64,000 bases of DNA. Origin: Tilletiaria anomala UBC 951. Lineage: Eukaryota. The translations under genes and the position numbers were made by a program. The stretch covers positions 62,001-126,000 of the forward strand of contig NW_013547020.1 in the NCBI RefSeq assembly GCF_000711695.1. The letters run 5' to 3'. This document shows positions 26,171 to 36,869 of the stretch, piece by piece (position 1 is the stretch's first letter; each line of letters opens with the position of its first letter). Below the pieces are notes generated by a model, which saw only the letters and a program-made list of their open reading frames with translations, had not been told where the DNA came from and ran no database searches.

Positions 26171-27807
26171 ATGTCGCTCTCCAACAAGCTCGCCATCAAT
26201 GACTTGGACCTGAAGGACAAGCGGGTCCTTATCCGGTGAGTACCCATTGGTCGCGCGTACAACTCTTGTTCCCCTCGGCCTACCTGCCTCCCCCCGAGCG
26301 AATCTCACTAATGTACCAACTGTGTGGTTGCATGGTATAGTGTCGACTTCAATGTCCCCATGGATGGAGACAAGATCACGAACCCGCAACGCATCGTTGC
26401 AGCTCTCCCCACCATCAGGTACGCAATCGAGCAGAGTGAGTTGCTGCTCTTCCTGTCTCGCCTGCTCCGATTAGGTTGAATCAGTGGCCCCCGGCGATAG
26501 CTGGAGAACAATCGCGGCTTCTATGCTGAACCACTTGCGGATATAAATCGAGACCCTTCTGGGCTCAGTCTTGACCAAGAGCGCATATCCTCATGTGCAT
26601 ATCTATGTTGCCTTCCTTTTGAACCTTCCCAACAAGCCCTTCGTCTACGTAGATGAGCAGCGACAGAATGCTGACCCTTAACCCTCCTTTTGTACCGACA
26701 CGACCAGAACCTAAGGCAATCGTCCTGATGTCCCACATGGGGCGCCCCGACGGCCAGCCGAATGCTAAATACTCGCTGAAGCCAGTCGCCGCCGAGCTTT
26801 CCAAGCTGCTCGATGGCACAGACGTCAAGTTCCTCCCCGACTGTGTAGGCACCGAGACTGAGCAAGCCGTTGCATCTGCATCTAATGGCCAGGTCTTTCT
26901 GCTGGAGAACCTGCGCTTCCACATCGAAGAGGAGGGCAAGGGCAAGAACGCACAGGGCGAGAAGGCCAAGGCGGACCCCAAGGACGTCGAGGCGTTCCGT
27001 ACTAGCTTGACCAAGCTGGGAGACGTGTACGTCAACGATGCGTTCGGCACTGCGCACCGCGCGCACAGCTCGATGGTCGGTGTGCAGCTCGATCAGCGCG
27101 CATCGGGATTCTTGATGAAGAAGGAGCTGGACTTCTTTGCTAAGGCACTCGAGAACCCGGACCGCCCCTTCCTTGGAATCCTCGGTGGTGCCAAGGTATC
27201 GGACAAGATCCAGCTGATCGAGAACATGCTCGACAAGGTCAACTCGCTGATCATCTGCGGCGGGATGGCGTTCACGTTCAAGAAGACACTGGAAGGCGTT
27301 AAGATCGGCAACTCGCTCTTCGATGAAGAAGGGAGCAAGAAGGTCAGCGAGTTGATCGAGAAGGCTAAGAAAAACAACGTCAAAGTTGTGCTCCCCGTTG
27401 ACTACGTCACAGCGGACAAGTTCGCCAAGGACGCACAGGTCGGCAGCGCGACGGACAAGGAGGGCATCCCGGACGGCTGGATGGGCCTCGATGCCGGTCC
27501 AGAGTCGCGCAAGCTGTTCGAGCAGACGATCAAGACGGCCAAGACGATCCTCTGGAATGGACCGGCGGGTGTGTTCGAGTTTGAGAACTTTGCAGCGGGC
27601 AGCAAGGCGTGCCTCGACGCGTGCCTCCAAGCCGAGAAGAACGGCAGCACGGTCATCGTCGGCGGAGGCGACACGGCCACCGTCGTCGCCAACTATAAGG
27701 CTGAGGACGGGATCAGCCACTGCTCCACTGGCGGAGGTGCCAGCTTGGAGCTCCTCGAGGGAAAGACGCTCCCCGGTGTCGCGGCGCTGTCAGAAAAAAA
27801 AGCATGA
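26171..27807 (+). CDS. PGK1: Phosphoglycerate kinase; 3 exons
   Basis: MSLSNKL...[80 protein letters not shown]. Introns 26236-26340 and 26436-26707. Strong GC3 bias. Confidence 0.98.
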
Positions 27808-28426
27808 GCAGCCGACTGAGGTTGTAAGGCTCCTTAGGGTGTGTGTATGTGTAGGGGCGTACAGTAGCAGAGCATGCATGTATCCTTGCGCAGATTCAAT
27901 GCAGGCGCTCGCACATGCAATTTTCGAATGATAACAACAGACGTGCAGACGGAAAGATCTGCTCGCACGATAAACGATGTGGCACCAAGCGTCGCACCAA
28001 GGACTCGAAGGGAAAGCGTGCGACATAAACCCTTGCTGATTTGGTTCAGCATCCATTTCTCTTCCTCGGAAGCAGAGCTCGACCGCGGCTTACACAGCTC
28101 GTCGATGGGGATACAAGAGTCCTGTGGTTTCGTGTACATGTTCCGTTTTGAAAGCCGGTTTCCCCTATTGACATTGTCATTCCGCGATTGGGGTTATGGG
28201 GACGTTCGAAAGGTGGAAATGAGAACATAAGATAGTTGCCGATTGGTTGATAGTTTAACATGGTTCATTCTTTCCATAGTCGCTACACAATACATTATCG
28301 ATTCTCACTTCTTCGTAAGCGCGCTACGCCCAGTTGCAAGATAAATGGAAGATTCACGGAGAGGGACACGAAAGAAACAAGGGCCCTTGGCGCATCGCAT
28401 CTCCCCTTCGGCTTCGAAGCTGCTTG

Positions 28427-29921
28427 TCATGGGATGACGACCGGCTGTCCATGCTCGTCACGCACGACGACGATCTCGACATCGGCGTACTCGTTGTTAT
28501 CGAGGAACTGGATGCTCGCCGGGTCGATCGGATCGGTTTTGACACCCCTGCAAGAGCGAGATTGGTGAGTGGTAGAATGAGTAGGCCCATAGCGTCAATC
28601 CTATTCCAAATGCTTTGTTGTACGCTGATTTCTGACCCACCTCTTTTCCTGGAACGAACGCCCTGCGGGAGAAGAAAAAAGCTAGTTTCAGTCTCCTCTT
28701 CTTTTTCCATCAATTACCAGATGCACCCAGTGTGGCTGACCTAGAATGACCGGGAAGTACGAGTCTTCTGCAAGGTAGATGACGCAGCTGACGGCCTTGC
28801 TGCCTATTTGGACGGGCCACTTGCCGAGGTTGGTGATGCCGTTGAAACCGTACGACCCAGGTCGCGTGTCCTGTGAAGGAGCGCAGATTCCAGAATGAAA
28901 TCGAAGTTGATTCAATTGTGCTTATATGCGCAGCTTCCCTGTGTGAGCGGGAAGAAGGAACGAACCTTTGGAATGAACCCGTGGGCGAGCGCAAATGAGC
29001 GAGAGACGTAGACGTGGCGGTATCCCTCCTTGAGCATCATCGGCACGTCCGAAACAGGTCCGATGCTGCCGCGCAGCAGGCGGACACCGAGCTGCGAGTG
29101 GAACTCCTGGAACGCAATCTTATGCCTGGGTGTGGCGGTCTGCTGCGTCTGCATCGTCTTGCGCGAGCGAAGGCTCATCGCGTCTTCGGCTGCATTGCGC
29201 AGCGGCGCCTCGGGTACGACGGGCTTGCTCCAGCCAGGCGCAGGCGCTGCCTCGCGCGGAGGTGGGTACAGGATCGAGTCGCGGCCACCGCCAGTAACGC
29301 CGCCGGCTTCGGTGTGCTCCTCGAGCGAAGCGACCGGGTTGGGCGGCGCGCGGTGGGTCGACACGGCAGTCCCCTTGGCGCCGCGGTCAGCGGTGCGCGC
29401 GACGGGTGTGGACTCGTTCTGCACCGACCCGATGCGGCCGTCCTCGATGGGAGCATCCGCGTGAGAGCCAGCGGATGGGATCTCAGGCGATTCCAGATAG
29501 ACTGTTGTCGCGGGTCCGGATCAACATTTGTGGCAGTCAGCTCCTATGAGTGTGTCCGAGCAAAGCGACTCCCAGATGCGTACTCACGATCAGCCTCGTG
29601 GCTGGAGCTGAAGCGGTCAGCAAAGATCTCCCAGTCATCGTCTGCAGCATGCAAAACCCCCGTATCAGCTCTCATGTCTAAGCACGCGCCTGATACAAGA
29701 GCGAAAAGGCTCGAGACCGCGACGACGTCGACCTACGCACCATCTTCAAGAGTGTACAGCTGCTGCTGCCATCTGTACCAGAGGACGAGCGGGATGCCGT
29801 CCTCCAGGGAGAGGTTGATCTTCTTGGCGCACCGGCTGCGTATGCTCTTGAGCGTGTCGTCCTGTTTCATCCGCAGCGCGAAGGAAGGAAGCGACCCCGT
29901 ATGGACGTTGAGGATCGGCAT
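28427..29921 (-). CDS. Uncharacterised protein: PB1/ubiquitin-like N-terminus plus retropepsin (aspartic protease)-like C-terminal domain lacking the catalytic Asp; 6 exons
   Basis: All exons join in frame with GT-AG introns (exon 1 29741-29921, exon 2 29588-29641, 22-nt microexon 28641-28662). The protein reads MPILNVHTG...LWYRWQQQLYTLEDDDDWEIF...EADLYLES, a linker, then GVRLLRGSIGPVSDVPMMLKEGYRHVYVSRSFA...FPVILGRSFQEKRGVKTDP...VVIP*. Confidence 0.75.
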
Positions 29922-30493
29922 GATGGACTTGTGCTAGTGCTTCGCAAGAGAGGAAGCGTTTTCTTCGTCTGGTCTTTCGTCCTCAGATCCGTTAAGAGGC
30001 AGTCCAATTTCTGGGGAAAGGGTGTCAACACCAATGCTAACCCCGCTGTTCTGGCGACGGCTGTGCTTGTCTGGAGACGTGTACGAGGTCAAAGTGAGAG
30101 CCCGTATCCTTTGTGAGAGCTATCTACCGGTGTCTGTGGGTGATGATCAGCAGCTGCGGCGCGGCGGTGGCCGGCTGGGGCGAGCAATAATAATAAGCTT
30201 GAGGGAAGCTGTGCCGCTGTGCGCTCTCACACAACGGGAGTCAGCTCACCGCGGCGCAGTGCCACCCTGGCCAACCGCCTGCAGCTGCATGGGTCCGTGT
30301 CCTCAATACATGACGTTATGGTGCATGCGTTGACCTGGCTCTAGTCCTCGACGGGGCTTTGCTCAGACGCAGTGCTCACAGACCATGTCTATAGCAGAGT
30401 GCTGTCATGCTGGCTCGGCGCTGGAAAAAAAGTGCAGCAATGTACTCAACACGATGACAGCCCTGAACTTTGAATTTAGGGTTGTGCAAGCGA

Positions 30494-30540
30494 ACGCGTC
30501 GCGACCTTCCCGCACAGGAGAGTGAGATGAGGCAACGCGT
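30494..30540. promoter_or_regulatory. Double MCB-like element ACGCGTCGCG plus a second ACGCGT upstream of HAT1
   Basis: ACGCGTCGCG at 30494-30503 and ACGCGT at 30535-30540, 200-250 bp upstream of the HAT1 ATG. Confidence 0.5.
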
Positions 30541-30740
30541 TCATGGTGTGGTGAGTAGCAGGCGATGTGGTGGGTGTACAGACCCGACTGCTATAAGCAC
30601 ACGAGGTATCCGGTACACACACGAGCGCAGGTAGGAGAGCAACTCCCCGATCTCCTTCTTCCCTGGTCTTGACACTGCATAGACGCACAGGTCTACTCGA
30701 TATCCTTAATCTGGTCAGCGCATGAGTGCATCAGCTAGCC

Positions 30741-32213
30741 ATGATGGACGAGTGGAGCGCCTCTTCCAACGGCGCAACCACCCTTCGCCTAATCGGTGCA
30801 CCCGGCACGTGTGACGCTCCATTCCACCCAGACTTTACCTACCCCATCTTTGGAGAGGCAGAGACCATTTATGGGTATCAAGGACTCTCCATCGATTTGG
30901 CTTTTGCGAGTGGGAGCTTGAAGCCGATCGTGCACGTCGACTGGAAGAAGACGAACGAGAACACCAGCGCAAAAGTCGACAATGTCAAGAGCACCCTGAC
31001 ACGGTTCCTCCCATCGGGGACGGTCGACGAGGATGAAGAGGAAGAGCAGGGTGAACCGGGAGAGAATGATGTGCTTGAGGCGCAGAGCAAGGAAGAGATG
31101 AGGAAGCTTATCGAGGAGGAAGTGCAAAAGGATGCGCAGTTCCGACCGATGGGCGACAGGGTCGCCAGCTGGTTTGTCACACAACGCAGCGTTAAAGGCA
31201 AGGGCAAGAAGGACTCCTGGACTACCACAGGTACTTCTGCCTCTGCTAGCAGCGGTGGAGACCGGAACTTTGAGGTGTATCGATGCACAAAAGATACCCA
31301 AGGATTCTTACAGTACTTGCGACGCTTCCGCATCTTCACACTCTTCTTCATCGAGGCTGCTTCCTACATTGACGAAGAGGAGCCCGGCTGGGAGTTCTTT
31401 ATTCTGTTCGAGCGCGTCACCACCAAAGGCAACTCGTACTCATATCACTTTGCGGGCTTCACATCTCTCTACCGCTTCTGGACGTACCCCGACACGGCAC
31501 GTATCCGCCTGTCGCAATTCCTCATCCTACCACCTTACCAAAAGCTCAGCCTGGGCACCTGCCTCTACACGGTGGTACACGACCACATCCTTCGGCGCGG
31601 CAGCTCCATCAGCGAGCTGACAGTTGAGGATCCGAGCGAGATCTTCGACCGGCTACGCGACGGTGCGGACCTCAAGCGGCTGCTGAGCCCTAGTGCGCTC
31701 AAGCCGCCAGAAGAAGCGACAAGCGGGGCCAGTGTGCGGTACGAGATCATCGCCAAATTGGTCAAGGAGGGCAAGATGCGCGCACCGCTCGATGCCGCGT
31801 GGTCAGAATCTCTGCGCAAGGAGTACAAGATCGCCCCGCGGCAGTGGGCGCGCCTGCTGGAGATGATTCTTCTGCTCCTCCTCTCTGCCACCCAGCCTGG
31901 CAGCGGCACTTACGCGCAGGACATCAAGGCTTACCGGCTGCAGGTTAAGGCGCGCCTTTACAGGCATAACCGCGACGTACTCGTACAGATGAGCAAGGAT
32001 GAGCGCATTCGCAAGCTGCAGGAGACGTACGAGAACCTCCTCGAGCACGACTACGCAGACCTCGTTGGTGTCGACGTCGCTCCGTTCCTCGGCGGCGTCA
32101 CGCTGCCGGGCGAGGTAGACGACGATGAGAATGGGCAGGCAGCAGGCTCGAGGCGGAGCAATGGACATGATGCGGCGGATGGGCCAGCAAGGAAAGTCGC
32201 TCGCCTCACGTGA
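30741..32213 (+). CDS. HAT1: Histone acetyltransferase type B catalytic subunit Hat1
   Basis: FHPDFTYPIFGEAETIYGYQGL, LFFIEAASYID, RLSQFLILPPYQ, ELTVEDPSEIFDRLRD and YRLQVKARLY. Intronless. Confidence 0.93.
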   Translation: MMDEWSASSNGATTLRLIGAPGTCDAPFHPDFTYPIFGEAETIYGYQGLSIDLAFASGSLKPIVHVDWKKTNENTSAKVDNVKSTLTRFLPSGTVDEDEEEEQGEPGENDVLEAQSKEEMRKLIEEEVQKDAQFRPMGDRVASWFVTQRSVKGKGKKDSWTTTGTSASASSGGDRNFEVYRCTKDTQGFLQYLRRFRIFTLFFIEAASYIDEEEPGWEFFILFERVTTKGNSYSYHFAGFTSLYRFWTYPDTARIRLSQFLILPPYQKLSLGTCLYTVVHDHILRRGSSISELTVEDPSEIFDRLRDGADLKRLLSPSALKPPEEATSGASVRYEIIAKLVKEGKMRAPLDAAWSESLRKEYKIAPRQWARLLEMILLLLLSATQPGSGTYAQDIKAYRLQVKARLYRHNRDVLVQMSKDERIRKLQETYENLLEHDYADLVGVDVAPFLGGVTLPGEVDDDENGQAAGSRRSNGHDAADGPARKVARLT

Positions 32214-32285
32214 TGTACTCAAAAGGACGATCAAGGTGGACATTGTGTTGCACAGCATCGAATTCCAGTCATGGCCATCTCGACG

Positions 32286-33486
32286 CTAGCTCTCCTTGAG
32301 GACTTTCTCCACCTCGTGCATAAATTCGTTCGGCTTTTCTGCTTGCACCCAGTGACCCGTCTCTAATGTGACCAGCTTCATGTTGGGGAAGAACGCTTCA
32401 CAGATGGGAATGTTTCGTCGATTAACATATCTGGAAATGTTTTCCGCGCCGTCTCAGTCGACCGCAGGACTCCCTTCTAAAGTAACCATTCAAGGCTACT
32501 CACTTGCTTGCGGAACCTTTGACGAACAATGCTTTGCCCTCCCACTTGCGCTCCGGACGTTGTCCATCGTTCCCTTCCGCCCCCACTGGGTCGTATGGAA
32601 AATCGCCGATCTGGCTGATGTTCTTGCGAATATTATCGAGCGGAATCCGGAACGTCCACGTCCTTGCGTTTGGTGATGGCGGGCGGCTGAGGTTGGTGAG
32701 GAGGAATTGCCGGACGCCCATATCCTTTTCGATTTCCTGTAGCATCTTGTCTGCCTCGTTGCGGGTCTCGAGGCCCGCATCGCGTATCGCGATCATCGCC
32801 TCGATGTAATGCTCAAACGCGGGGCTGATCGGCCCGCGTGCCGGAGTCATGTCGACGCTGATGAGGTGGGAGATGGTTCCTGGTGGCAGATCGGGCGAGA
32901 GCGCCAGCGCGAGCGACACCTTGCCGCCCATAGAGTGACCAATCAGGACGACATTGCGGAGATTGTTGTCTTGCAGGAAGCGCAGGACGTCCGCGGCCAT
33001 GTCCTTGTAGTGTATACCTTCGATGTGAGGCGACGTTCCATGGTTCCGTAGGTCGAGCGCATACACCGGCACGCCGAACTTTTTTGACATGGCTCGTCCC
33101 AAGCTGCGCCAATTCTGTTTCGAGCCGAACAGGCCGTGGCAGACGACAACAGCCTCCACGTCCGGCCTAATGCGCGGCGCGGCGTCGTTTGGCACTGGAT
33201 ACTGCTCAAAGTCCAACACCACGGTCTTGCCGGTCGCCGGAGCCGGCGTCACTTTCGACGGGTCCGAGCTAGGCGCTTTTGTATGCCGCGAGCTCATGAA
33301 CAGCCGCGCCTGGGTGCGCGGCGCTAATGCTACCGCGGCACTCCTTGTTGTCCATCTCCCCTCAAGCGGTCGGCTCGGCGAGACTTGATCGGCCGCGCTC
33401 GTGAGGCAATTCGAGACGAGCGGTGACTGTCGCTGCAGCCCTTGCAGGCTCGATGCTGCACGAGCACACCGTGGAACAAGCGTCAT
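32286..33486 (-). CDS. Alpha/beta-hydrolase, ABHD11/YbfF-like esterase, probably mitochondrial; 2 exons
   Basis: HGLFGSKQNW, DLRNHG, nucleophile GHSMGG, RQFLLTNL and final exon GHWVQAEKP...KES*. Arg-rich presequence-like N-terminus. Confidence 0.88.
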
Positions 33487-33920
33487 CTTGTCTTGCAAGC
33501 GCGACCCTCCACGCTCGGTCGGACATACACCGGAGATGAGTCGCTCTCAAGATGAAGTGTCAAGTGCAAGCTTTGATTTGAGGACTGCTCCAACACCAGA
33601 ATCTAACAGGTGGAGTGAAGATCGGATTGAGCCGAAAAGAAACAATGCGAACGGGAAGTAACGGCAGCTCGGCTGTGTGCGCGGGGCCACCCTGCGCATT
33701 GATTCTTTTCAAGTCGCACAGCTATTCGTGGTGATCGAGCTCAGTTTGTGTGGTAATGACGATGGCTGTGGCAGGTCCTTTGGGTGACAGTTGCGAGTCT
33801 GGTACCAACGCTTCCCTCGACAAGTAGTGCAACGGATGCCGCCCTTGTTCCAGATATCCGTCGCATCTCCTCTGCTGGTGACCTTTCAAAGTAAGCCTCC
33901 GACCGTGAGATGCGCCCGAA

Positions 33921-36141
33921 ATGTCCCAGAGAGACCGCCTCTTTCAGTCCTTGAACCTGGCTCGTCAGCAGGTCCTTGACGGCGTGGAAGAGTTCCGCGA
34001 TGGTGTCACACAGCGATTCGATGGCCCACTGGGGTCACGACTGCAACCTCAATCGCGAGCGAGTGGCCCTCCGTCGTCAACAGCACATGGGCAAGGAGCA
34101 TCGGACTTGCAAAGGAATAACACGCTCCCGCTGTACTCGAGTCGCAACACTGGGCCCCCCGTACCAGCGCAAGCGTTGCATGCTCCTCCTGGCCAGAGTC
34201 AACGTGAAGTCGATGTAATGAGGGCTTCGTCTAGGCGGGCAGGGGGCCGGTCTGAGACGGGTGCAGCTGGCGTGGATGGGCTCAAAACGGTGCACACGTA
34301 CAGTGGGGCGGGGGGAAGGGCCATACTAGAGTGAGGATCTTTCTCTGAATGCCGAGAGCTTGCGTCTGGCGTCCAATGACCATGGCCCGACGTTGCAACA
34401 GATTGCACACAGCTCCTCAGCAGACACCAACGTACATGGGAGGCTCAGTGGAAAGAGGCAGAGGCGCCATGGTCGGCCGACTTTGCTTCACTCCCAAACC
34501 GCAGGAAAAGATATCGCACATCACGCTAAAGCTCAAAGCTGTCGTCCGCGTGCGTGTGCCGGTAGTCAATCCGAACGCACCCGGTCCGGCTCAGATCGCC
34601 GCGCGTAGCCCAGTTGTTGAGCAGACGATGGAGAGGGAGGTGCTGCTGCTTCAGCTGGAACAGAGTTTGTACCAGGCTCGACCTGACAACAAGGAAAAGT
34701 ATTTCGAAATGCCTGCCTCGGCCGCTCACGACTCGACGGTCACCTGGCCCTTTCAATTCGACATACCAGTGGAGGACAGAGGCGGAAGGGCTTTCCCAGT
34801 GTCGTACGTGCTCATGGGCGATGAAGCGGCCCGGCCTCAGCCGAAAGGATACGAGCCGAGAGGCGCATCACTCATCTCAGTCGGTCGAGGGCTTCTGTCG
34901 TCGCTCAAGAACGTCGGCCAGTCGGCTGCAGACGCGAACGAGTGGGCATCCGTCAAGTGGTATCTCAAGGCGACCATCGGTCGGCCCGGGATGCTGGAGA
35001 CAAACGATCGCATCTTTGCACCGTTTACCTATCTTCCACCGCCGCCCCGCAACATGTTCGAGCTGCTCGATCGAAGAGCACGGACGCCTGCGCAATTGCG
35101 GGAGAACACGCCGTTTGAGCAGTTGATGGAGAGCTCAAGGACGTGGCAGGCGATCGACATTGGCACAGATGGCGCTGAGAAAGCCAGGCCGGGGCTGCTG
35201 GGGTCGCTTTTCGGGGTGTCGGGTAGAGCAAAGCAAATGAGCGATTGGACGCTGGAAATGCCCAGCAGCCCGGCGGTCTTTACGTTGCAGGGATCGATAC
35301 CATTCTACATCTGCTCCAAGGCGCCACGGGAGCTAGGTGCACCCCTTGTGAGTTGCATAGAAACGTGGTCATGTTTCAGGCATCCAGGGCGAAGGACTGA
35401 TTCGCCTTCGCTTCAGATCATCTCTCTGTTCAAAAGGATTACGCTGGTATCAAGGTCGACGCAGGGCTCTGACGTTCGCAAAGTCTGTGGAGCGCGCATC
35501 GCCACGTCGCCAACAGTATTAAAGTCCCAGCGGTCGGGCGTCGTGACGTATCGATGGAAAGGCGTGCTGGATATCCCACCGACGTGTGGCCCGTGCTTTG
35601 ACAGCCAGATCCTATCGTTGGAGTACTTCATCGGTATTCAAGAGCGGCTAGACACGCCGTGCATCTACGCAAAGCCGATCGTACTCATGTGCGCACCGCC
35701 ACGTCTCATTTGCACCAGCGCGCCTTCTCCAGCTACGGGAACACTGGCACAGCTGGCTGTCAGTTCTGGCTCAGGCTTGGGTACTGGCAGCGAAAAGGCT
35801 CGGCCGACAGCTGCTCCTCAGGCTCCGCCGCATTGGCCTGATGCAGCCACCGCTTCTTCCTCTGCGGCACCAACTCCACCGCCGCCGCCGCATTCGGCTC
35901 CAGATTCCGAAACTAACACCGCATCGTCCGCAACATCGCAGGCACCCTTGCCACTCTCGGACGAAGCTGGTCTCTTCGACGAGCTCAACGTCGAGGGTAT
36001 GCAAGTCGACTTACCTCCATGTGAGTCCTACTCAGCGTTGCGCTTCCCGATATCCCCGAGCCGCAGCTAATTATTCGCTTTGCTTTTTCTCACTCCAATA
36101 CAGCATACTTTGAGGCTACGGGCTTCCGAGACGCAGACTGA
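33921..36141 (+). CDS. Arrestin-like (alpha-arrestin) adaptor with PY motifs; 4 exons
   Basis: Introns 34331-34401, 35348-35416 and 36021-36103. Arrestin-like beta segments (ITLKLKAVVRV, TWPFQFDIP, SVKWYLKATIGRPG, FDSQILSLEYFI). N-terminal LPLY and spliced C-terminal LPPSYFEAT. Confidence 0.65.
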
Positions 36142-36869
36142 TCTGTTTGTGAATGGTGGCAGAGCAAAGGCCACAAAGTCGGCTCGACGCGGGCGGTTCC
36201 TGGCTCGACACTTCGACGTTCAACGCAACGCTGTGGCGCATGTCTTCTCGACATTGCCGCCCACCCTGTACCTTCTACCTTACACTGGCTCTGCTCAAGG
36301 CCCACGTCATGTACTTTATGATTCCGTGTAGCATGGACATTGGTCTTCAACCCTTCTGAGCCCTTCCACCAAACAGTGAACATCGTCGAGAAGCTTGTAT
36401 GTACAGCAGCATCAGTGGGTTTTCTCGCTGTGACTTTGCCTCGTGTGTTCCGCCGTTCCGGTGCAGCCGCTAGACAGGGACGCCTCCAAGTGAGAATAGA
36501 GACTAACCCAGTGCCGTGACCTGCGGGGGGAGGGTTCGCCGCGGCTGCGCATCCAGCAGGTAAGCCGCATTCCGCGTCCACGTCCGCGTACATCGCTCGT
36601 CTGTCTCGTGCTACATGTTGACCATCGTGATGGTCATTACACGTTGTTACCTCTGCCCTCGAGACGCGCGCTGAGCTCTGGCCTGTGAGAAAGGAAAGGC
36701 TGCAACTAACCTGCTTCCATAGATTGACCCAGCTTGGTCGAGCAATCACGACAAAGCCGCGCGCCGAAGGCCTGCCGCTTTTGATAAGTCTCCAGGATCG
36801 CGCGCAGCTTGCGCTAACGAATCGAACAGCAAACAACGCTGGAAGATCAACTATTCTAACTTTACAGCC

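Noticed and set aside
26521..27720. 399-aa antisense ORF over PGK1
   Set aside because: Shadow ORF expected from strong GC3 codon bias on the sense strand; no recognisable motifs.
29014..29937. 307-aa plus-strand ORF
   Set aside because: Antisense to the spliced PB1/retropepsin-like gene, whose introns are all on the minus strand.
32211..32366. HAT1 stop readthrough ending in ...VTRL*
   Set aside because: The stop context is TGA-TGT rather than the leaky TGA-CTA, TRL is a weak PTS1, and the extension is antisense to the esterase CDS.
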